A DNA stretch of 24,000 nt, taken from NCBI GenBank assembly GCA_035576145.1, contig DATLWV010000108.1, forward strand, positions 1-24,000. Reading direction: 5' to 3'. Below the pieces are notes generated by a model. That model was not told where the DNA came from. It saw only the letters and a program-made list of their open reading frames with translations, and ran no database searches. Position 1 is the first letter of the stretch, and the number at the start of each line of letters is the position of its first letter. Position numbers and translations under genes: made by a program. This DNA is from Terriglobia bacterium. GTDB taxonomy: Bacteria; Acidobacteriota; Terriglobia; UBA7540. Below, piece by piece: positions 16,699 to 22,897 of the stretch.

Positions 16699-17130
16699 AT
16701 GATTATCAAGCTTGAAAAGATTAAAATCCAGTCGCGGAAGTCGGAAGAGGCCATCGACATTACGCCGAAAGTGGATGAGGTGATCCGGCAGAGTGGTGTG
16801 AAACAGGGGCTGGTGAATGTGATGACCTGCCACACGTCTTCAGGGCTGCTGGTGACTGAAGGCATTCCGTGCCTGGAAGAAGATATTCTTACGCATTTCA
16901 GCCGGCTGTTTCCTGAGGACGAGAACTACCACCACCGGCGTTATCTCGACTACGACGGGCGGCTGGGTTTCAATGCGGAAACACACCTGAAAAGCATCCT
17001 GGGCGGCATCAGTTGTTCATTTCCGATCGAAGACGGAAAAATGGTGCGTGGTTCTCGCCAGACCATCTACTTTATGGAATACGACGGCCCTCTGCAGAGG
17101 ACCTACATGGTGCAGGTGCTGGGCGAGTAA
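16699..17130 (+). CDS. YjbQ/UPF0047 family protein (secondary thiamine-phosphate synthase-like)
   Basis: 143-aa ORF, 27 nt after the amidohydrolase. Motifs GLVNVMTCHTSSGLLVTE, NAETHLKSILGG and RQTIYFMEYDGP are characteristic of the YjbQ family. Confidence 0.8.
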   Translation: MIIKLEKIKIQSRKSEEAIDITPKVDEVIRQSGVKQGLVNVMTCHTSSGLLVTEGIPCLEEDILTHFSRLFPEDENYHHRRYLDYDGRLGFNAETHLKSILGGISCSFPIEDGKMVRGSRQTIYFMEYDGPLQRTYMVQVLGE

Positions 17131-17352
17131 ACACAAAAGACCTGGGGAAAGGCAGGGTCAGGTCAGGGTGTGAGCCTTTGTGTTGGAACGGGCAGTTATG
17201 CGGCAAAGCGCACTGATAGAAAACAATCGCAGGCATTCATAACGAAATCAAATTGACTATCGAAAACATTTCATGGTAAACAGAAAGAGTTAATCGGTTC
17301 ATAGATGACAGGCAGAAAGACTGAGAGCCTGATTTTATAATGATGTATTAGT

Positions 17353-17383
17353 CGGAATTATAATAAGAATTCCGGAATTATAA
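17353..17383. promoter_or_regulatory. Repeat/palindrome array (candidate operator) upstream of the TonB-dependent receptor
   Basis: 11-bp perfect direct repeat CGGAATTATAA at 17353-17363 and 17373-17383, offset exactly 20 bp. Perfect 12-bp palindrome AATTCCGGAATT at 17368-17379. Perfect TATAAT hexamers at 17336-17341 and 17359-17364. Confidence 0.35.
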
Positions 17384-17562
17384 CCTCAGCCTTACAAATT
17401 GGCGTGTCTGGTCGATGTTCTGTCGGTCACGCTGCAGGTTAACCTCAGACCAAAGCATCACATTATAGTTTCGGGGCTTTTCCCCTACAGCAGATCTGTC
17501 TGTATTTTTTCGCCTTCCGTGCGATTCAAGCGTCGGCGTGGGTCTTGATTCATGGAGGTTCC

Positions 17563-20500
17563 ATGTCGAAAGCGATTCATAAAGTTTGTCTGATCTTTTC
17601 CTTAGTAACACTCGGGGTCTTGCTGTTTCTGCCCTCTGCTGCATGGGCCCAGCGGGACACCGGTTCCATTGCGGGCACAGTCAAAGATCCCAGCGGGGCT
17701 GTGATACCTGGCGCGAAAGTTACAGTGACGAACGCAAATACGGGTGCGATGTTCGTCACCAGGACTGATGCCGGTGGCGAGTATGTGGCGAGTCCGTTGT
17801 TAATTGGCCAATATCGCGTCGCCGTAGCAAAACAAGGCTTCAAAACCACAGTCGTTGGGCCTTTTGCCATCCAGATCCAACAGAGAGCGGCGGTTGACGT
17901 TACTCTGCAGGTAGGACAAACGGTTCAAACCATTCAGGTGCGTGCCGCAACGCCTGTTCTGGAAACTCAGACCTCAAGCCTGGGGCAGGTTGTCAGCAAT
18001 CGTCAGGTTGTTGACCTGCCCTTAAACGGACGAAACTTTGCACAACTCGCCCTGCTGACAGCAGGAACAGCTCCCGCAGAACCGGGATCTCGTGACGAGG
18101 GCGGATATGGGTTCAGCGCCAATGGCGGACGCTCACTTCAGAACAACTTCCTCCTGAACGGCATGGACAACAATTCAAACCTTACGGACCTGCTCAACGA
18201 AAGCAACTACGTTGTAGGGCCTCCGGTTGATGCGATTCAGGAATTCAAGGTGCAGACGAACTCCTTTAGCGCGCAGTTTGGCCGGGGCAACGGTGCGGTC
18301 ATCAACGTTTCCATCAAGCAGGGAACCAACAAGCTGCACGGTGACGTGTGGGAATTTCTGCGCAATGACAAGCTCGACGCGCGCAACTTTTTCGACCAGA
18401 CGAGACCCACCTACCAGCAGAACCAGTTCGGCTTCACGGTTGGCGGTCCTGTTGACATTCCCCATCTCTACAACGGCAGAGACAAGACATTCTTTTTCGG
18501 TGACTTTGAAAGGCTGCTGATCCGCAAGGGGCTGACGGATACCTCCGTAGTGCCTACTGCGGCTCAGTCGTCCGGCGATTTCAGCGATCAACTGGACTTG
18601 ACGTCCCCGATCATGGTGAACAACCAGGCGGTTCTGGACTGCAACGGGAACCCAACCTATGCCGGCGAAATCTTCAATACCCGCCTGACGCAACTTGACT
18701 CAAACAGTCCGACCGGTTTGTGCGGCGTGCCGTTCATGACAACGGGCGGCGGCGTTCCTGTGAACCAGATTCCAACGGGAGTGCAGGACCCTCTGGCGGG
18801 ACGGTTGATAGCGCTTTTCCCGAAAAGCAACGCCAATCAGCCCGGGTACAACTACATCAGCAATCCCAAGAACCGGATCAACCGGAGCAACCTGGACGCC
18901 CGGCTTGACCACATCTTTTCGGCCAATGACACGTCGTTCTTCGTGCTTGACCGGCAGCAGCAGCCGAGCATCCTTCCCGGGCCGTTTGGAGGTCTGGCGG
19001 ATGGAAGCGGGTTTTTTAGTGGCGATGAGTTAAACACCGGTTACAATTCGGCCGCGAGTGAAACTCACATATTCAGCCCCACCCTGATCAACGAGTTTCG
19101 CGCCGGCTACAACCGGCTTGAGTCCCAGCGGCAGAATTTCAATTCCAACATCGATGTCTCCGGACAACTCGGATTTCCGGGCGTTCCGTTTGTCCCCGGC
19201 ATCGGCGGACTGCCGCAGCTTTCGTTTTCAGACGCTTCGACGCTTGGCAGCGCCACATACCTGCCTTCGGATGAAATCCAGAACACTGTCAATCTGGTTG
19301 ATAACTTCACCTGGATCCACGGGAAACACACCGTGCAGTTTGGAGGCGAGGGTCGGCGTGAGGAGTTCACTATTTACCAGCCGGCGGCGCCGCGCGGCGA
19401 ACTGGGGTTTGACCCCGTGTTTACCGATAACCCGGCAGCACCGGGATCTGGCGGAAGTGGTATGGCGTCGTTTTTGTTGGGGCTGCCTGATTGGGGCGAC
19501 ATCAATAATCTGCACAACGTGGATTATCTGCGCAAGATTCTCGCCACCTACCTGGAAGATACTTACCGTGTTACACCGCGCGTAACTCTGAACCTGGGGC
19601 TTCGGTACGAGTTTTTCGGCACTGTAAAGGAAAAATACAACGCCCAGGGAACATTCAACTTCCTTACAGGCAGCGTCATCATCCCGACGGACGCTGTGAC
19701 CCAGAACCATCAGCCGTCCACTCTAACGCCGCTCCTGGCATCGATAATCCCCGTCAGCCCGACAGGTTCGCGTGGGCTCATCAAGCCGGACTACAACAAC
19801 TTTGGGCCTCGGGCCGGCCTGGCAGTCAAGCTGACAAACAAGCTCGTTCTGCGGACCGGCTATGGCATCTTCTATGGCGGGGAGGAAAACGGTCCATATT
19901 CCAACCCGAGCCAGGGTTTCAACTCGCCATTTTTCGTTACTCAATCGTTCAATACTCCATGCGGAGCGGCTGCGGCAAACCCTTCCACGCAGAATTGTGC
20001 TATTCCTGATATCCAATACCTGCAGAATGGGTTCCCGGCCAATGCACTGGTCGACCCGAACACTCCTCAGCTTTTCAGCCTCGACCCTTCTTTGGCCACA
20101 CCCTACATGCAGGATTGGAACTTTGGCCTTCAGTACCAGTTGCCGGGCGATACGCTCTTTGAAGTGGTATATGCCGGGTCGAAGGGTACAAGGCTTTATG
20201 ACTTCATGAACGGCAACCAGGCAACCCCGACGCCCGATCCCAACCTGCCGACTGCGCCAAGGCGTCCGTTCCCGGCGGTCGATTCGTACATCGCGTTGTT
20301 CAGTTCGGATGCCATCTCTTCCTACAATTCGCTCCAGACGAAGTTCCAGAAGAACTTCTCCCATGGGTTCTCATTCCTGGCAACTTACACCTGGGCGCAT
20401 TCCATGGACAACGCATCAAGCGCCAACCTGGGAGCGCAAAACGGAGGCGACTTCCGCTACTTCCAGGATCGCCGGATTGAATTCGCCAATTCCGATTTCG

Positions 20501-21063
20501 ACGTCCGGAACCGGGCGGTCATCAGCGGCGTCTGGCAGCTTCCTTTTGGACGGGGCCAGCGATTTGCCGGCGGAGCCAGCGGCGCGATGAACCAGGTGGT
20601 CGGAGGCTGGCAGGTCGCAGGCATTTCGAGTTTCTCGAATGGCAACTGGTTCACGATCAGCGATTCCAATGGCAACTTTTCAAACTCCGACGGGCAGCAA
20701 CGGCCTGACGAGGTTTTGAACCCCAACTCAGCTCCTTGCCAGCCGAACACGTTCTTCAACACCTGCGCGTTTGTGGATCCGGCCCTGGGATCGTTTGGCA
20801 ATGCCGGAAGAAACAGTGTGGCCGGCCCGGGCCTTTACAACGTGGACTTCTCAGTGTTCAAGGCGTTCAGAACTTCCGAGAGCACACGCCTGGAATTCCG
20901 TTCGGAGTTCTTTAACGTACTGAACCATGCAAACCTGCTGCCGGCCCAGACTGGCCCGCAGTTCGGGATTAACACAACTTCGATGGGTTCGCCTGAATTC
21001 GGCTTCCTGACCGCCGCAAGGGCGCCCCGCGAAATCCAATTCTCATTAAAGTTCTTTTTCTAA
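17563..21063 (+). CDS. TonB-dependent outer-membrane receptor with N-terminal carboxypeptidase-regulatory-like domain
   Basis: Within ORF 17545..21063. ATG at 17563 after GGAGG. Signal peptide MSKAIHKVCLIFSLVTLGVLLFLPSAAWA/QRD; CarboxypepD_reg-like GSIAGTVKDPSGAVIPGAKVTVTN...GEY; plug-like LNGRNFAQLALLTAG. Long beta-barrel rich in aromatic/Gly alternation, with terminal FSLKFFF. Confidence 0.9.
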   Translation: MSKAIHKVCLIFSLVTLGVLLFLPSAAWAQRDTGSIAGTVKDPSGAVIPGAKVTVTNANTGAMFVTRTDAGGEYVASPLLIGQYRVAVAKQGFKTTVVGPFAIQIQQRAAVDVTLQVGQTVQTIQVRAATPVLETQTSSLGQVVSNRQVVDLPLNGRNFAQLALLTAGTAPAEPGSRDEGGYGFSANGGRSLQNNFLLNGMDNNSNLTDLLNESNYVVGPPVDAIQEFKVQTNSFSAQFGRGNGAVINVSIKQGTNKLHGDVWEFLRNDKLDARNFFDQTRPTYQQNQFGFTVGGPVDIPHLYNGRDKTFFFGDFERLLIRKGLTDTSVVPTAAQSSGDFSDQLDLTSPIMVNNQAVLDCNGNPTYAGEIFNTRLTQLDSNSPTGLCGVPFMTTGGGVPVNQIPTGVQDPLAGRLIALFPKSNANQPGYNYISNPKNRINRSNLDARLDHIFSANDTSFFVLDRQQQPSILPGPFGGLADGSGFFSGDELNTGYNSAASETHIFSPTLINEFRAGYNRLESQRQNFNSNIDVSGQLGFPGVPFVPGIGGLPQLSFSDASTLGSATYLPSDEIQNTVNLVDNFTWIHGKHTVQFGGEGRREEFTIYQPAAPRGELGFDPVFTDNPAAPGSGGSGMASFLLGLPDWGDINNLHNVDYLRKILATYLEDTYRVTPRVTLNLGLRYEFFGTVKEKYNAQGTFNFLTGSVIIPTDAVTQNHQPSTLTPLLASIIPVSPTGSRGLIKPDYNNFGPRAGLAVKLTNKLVLRTGYGIFYGGEENGPYSNPSQGFNSPFFVTQSFNTPCGAAAANPSTQNCAIPDIQYLQNGFPANALVDPNTPQLFSLDPSLATPYMQDWNFGLQYQLPGDTLFEVVYAGSKGTRLYDFMNGNQATPTPDPNLPTAPRRPFPAVDSYIALFSSDAISSYNSLQTKFQKNFSHGFSFLATYTWAHSMDNASSANLGAQNGGDFRYFQDRRIEFANSDFDVRNRAVISGVWQLPFGRGQRFAGGASGAMNQVVGGWQVAGISSFSNGNWFTISDSNGNFSNSDGQQRPDEVLNPNSAPCQPNTFFNTCAFVDPALGSFGNAGRNSVAGPGLYNVDFSVFKAFRTSESTRLEFRSEFFNVLNHANLLPAQTGPQFGINTTSMGSPEFGFLTAARAPREIQFSLKFFF

Positions 21064-21078
21064 TTGGATCAGACGGCA

Positions 21079-21130
21079 GGCGGGGACAAGGCTGTGGACG
21101 GTTACGAGAGGCCTTGTCCCGCCTCTTTTT
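21079..21130 (+). terminator. Rho-independent terminator after the receptor gene
   Basis: GGCGGGGACAAGGC (21079-21092) pairs with GCCTTGTCCCGCC (21111-21123) with one bulged G and an 18-nt loop, followed by TCTTTTT (21124-21130). Begins 16 nt after the stop codon. Confidence 0.75.
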
Positions 21131-21232
21131 CCCGGGCTGGAAGCAGGAATGCATTGATGTTGTCAGTCGTTTGTGATAATCATTTGTCCGTCGAAATAAT
21201 TCGTAATTTAACGAAATCGGGGCTTCATTAAG

Positions 21233-22069
21233 TTGAAAAAATCTATCGGCGACAACGAAATTCCAAGGGGCTGGAGTTTCGAGCAGGGGCTGGATTTAGT
21301 CAAGAAATCCGGATACGACGGAATCGAGCTATGGCTGGGCGAGGTTCCGTGGTTTCAGATGAGCACCACCGACGCGGAGGTGCGCGAGCTTCGGCGCGAG
21401 GTTGAGAACGCCGGCCTGGTGGTTTCCAACGTCTCAACCGGCCTTCACTGGAAAAACTCGCTATCCGCGCGCGACCCCAAAGTCCGCGAAGAAGGCATTC
21501 GAATCGTCAGGCGCCAGATCGAGACGGCGCAGATGCTCGGCACGGACGCCATCCTGGTTGTGGCGGGCTTGGTGACGGCCGAGGTCCCTTACAACGAAGT
21601 TTACAACCGCTCGGTTGAGGCCATGAAGACGCTTGGGCCCGACGCGGCGCGGGCCGGGGTCAAGATCGGCTGCGAGAACTGCAACAGTGAGCAGCGTTTC
21701 CTGATGGGACCGCGGGAGTTTCTCCTTTTCCTCAAAGACATTAATGAACCTTCAGTGGGCATTCACCTGGACGTTGGCAACATCCATGACGACGGATTTG
21801 CCGAGCAGTGGATTGAAATGATGGGGCCGCGGATCACGCGGATCCATTTGAAAGACGTCATGAAGAAACGCGGCCGCTGCGGTGACAGCGTTTACACGAA
21901 CATCTTTCTCGGTGACAACAACTGGAAGGCCATCCGCGCCGCCATGACCAAGGTTGGGTACGACGGGTGGCTGGTGGCGGAAATGGAGCGGCGGTATCAC
22001 TACGCGCAGGACCAGCAGTTTTATGACACGGCAGCGGCCATTGACCGCCTGATTGCCAACAAGGTTTAG
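21233..22069 (+). CDS. Sugar phosphate isomerase/epimerase (xylose-isomerase-like TIM barrel) family protein
   Basis: 278-aa ORF. TTG is the only start after the in-frame TAA at 21209-21211. GYDGIELWL, ILVVAG, GCENC, IHLDVGN, IHLKD, GWLVAEME: the metal/strand pattern of the AP-endonuclease-2/xylose-isomerase-like fold. No signal peptide. Confidence 0.8.
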   Translation: MKKSIGDNEIPRGWSFEQGLDLVKKSGYDGIELWLGEVPWFQMSTTDAEVRELRREVENAGLVVSNVSTGLHWKNSLSARDPKVREEGIRIVRRQIETAQMLGTDAILVVAGLVTAEVPYNEVYNRSVEAMKTLGPDAARAGVKIGCENCNSEQRFLMGPREFLLFLKDINEPSVGIHLDVGNIHDDGFAEQWIEMMGPRITRIHLKDVMKKRGRCGDSVYTNIFLGDNNWKAIRAAMTKVGYDGWLVAEMERRYHYAQDQQFYDTAAAIDRLIANKV

Positions 22070-22070
22070 A

Positions 22071-22859
22071 ATGCCCATTTCGCGACGCGGATTCCTGGGA
22101 TGTGCGGCGGGCGCTTCAGCGGTCGGAGCCGCGGTGGTGACGGGCCTGCGCAGGCTTTTCCCGGACGTTGCGCGTCAACCTGCAGGATGTCTCCTGATTG
22201 ATCCCGGTCCGGCTTCTCCCCTGCGCGAATCGGTTGCAGGATATGCAGTTGCGCTTTCATCTTTGGACATTTCTTACCAGCAGACTTCCTTCCAGCCTCC
22301 CGCACCTGCGCGCGCGATAATCATGCCGGGCGCAATTGATACAGACCATTCGGCGCTTGCAGGACTCAGCGAGCATCTCATGAGCGGGTCCATCGTGCTT
22401 TATGAAACCGGAGCAGCATTTTTCGGGCCTGAAGATTTTGATATTCATAAGCGTGTAATAAGGTCAGTGTTTGGATTGAGCCTTCATCGTCCCGTCCGGT
22501 TATGGGATTCCGCAGAGTCGCTCAAACAATCACCCTATATTGATTACCACTGGCCTGTTGTAACCAAGGTTCGCGATTTCAGCTGTGTTGTACCGGTTGG
22601 CCTCGAGGGCGGAGATGCGATTGCGTGGTTCCAGAAAGTACCCGTTGCCCTCAAACGCCGTATCGGGAAGGGAACGCTGGTCTTTCTGGGATCGCCGCTG
22701 GGACCGCATCTTTTGTCTGCTGACCGAGAGGCGGGCAACTGGCTGGGCGCTTTTTGCTCATCGTGTTGCGCAGCGTCACCATCGCGCATCGACCAATGTA
22801 CGTCCAGCGCGTGCGTTAGATTCCTGCTGGGCACGGCCTGTGGCGGGGGACCGTTTTGA
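22071..22859 (+). CDS. Hypothetical protein with twin-arginine (Tat) signal
   Basis: Within ORF 22053..22859. The ATG at 22071 is 1 nt after the upstream stop and gives MPISRRGFLGCAAGASAVGAAVV (SRRxFLG Tat consensus plus h-region). The rest matches no family I recognise. The C-terminal 31 aa contain 6 Cys. Confidence 0.6.
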   Translation: MPISRRGFLGCAAGASAVGAAVVTGLRRLFPDVARQPAGCLLIDPGPASPLRESVAGYAVALSSLDISYQQTSFQPPAPARAIIMPGAIDTDHSALAGLSEHLMSGSIVLYETGAAFFGPEDFDIHKRVIRSVFGLSLHRPVRLWDSAESLKQSPYIDYHWPVVTKVRDFSCVVPVGLEGGDAIAWFQKVPVALKRRIGKGTLVFLGSPLGPHLLSADREAGNWLGAFCSSCCAASPSRIDQCTSSACVRFLLGTACGGGPF

Positions 22860-22897
22860 AAAGTCGCTAAGAGACTCATACTTACGGGGAGGCCTGA

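Noticed and set aside
17131-17184. Possible terminator hairpin after yjbQ (ACACAAA pairing with TTTGTGT)
   Set aside because: The 7-bp A/T-rich stem encloses a 39-nt loop and has no trailing T-run, so it is not a canonical intrinsic terminator.
17131-17562. Riboswitch (for example cobalamin) upstream of the TonB-dependent receptor
   Set aside because: I found no B12-box-like GCCACTG or any other conserved riboswitch core I can recognise by eye. It is kept only as a generic leader-RNA possibility in the findings.
17378-17644. 88-aa minus-strand ORF in the receptor upstream region
   Set aside because: It overlaps the receptor start and signal peptide antisense. It has no Shine-Dalgarno sequence and no recognisable features, and most of it lies in AT-rich regulatory DNA.
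21192-21217. CGAAAT repeated 20 bp apart upstream of the TIM-barrel gene, with TGTGATAAT (extended -10-like) at 21172-21180
   Set aside because: A 6-bp repeat is within chance expectation in AT-rich DNA. The -10-like element lacks a well-spaced -35, so I do not call it a feature.
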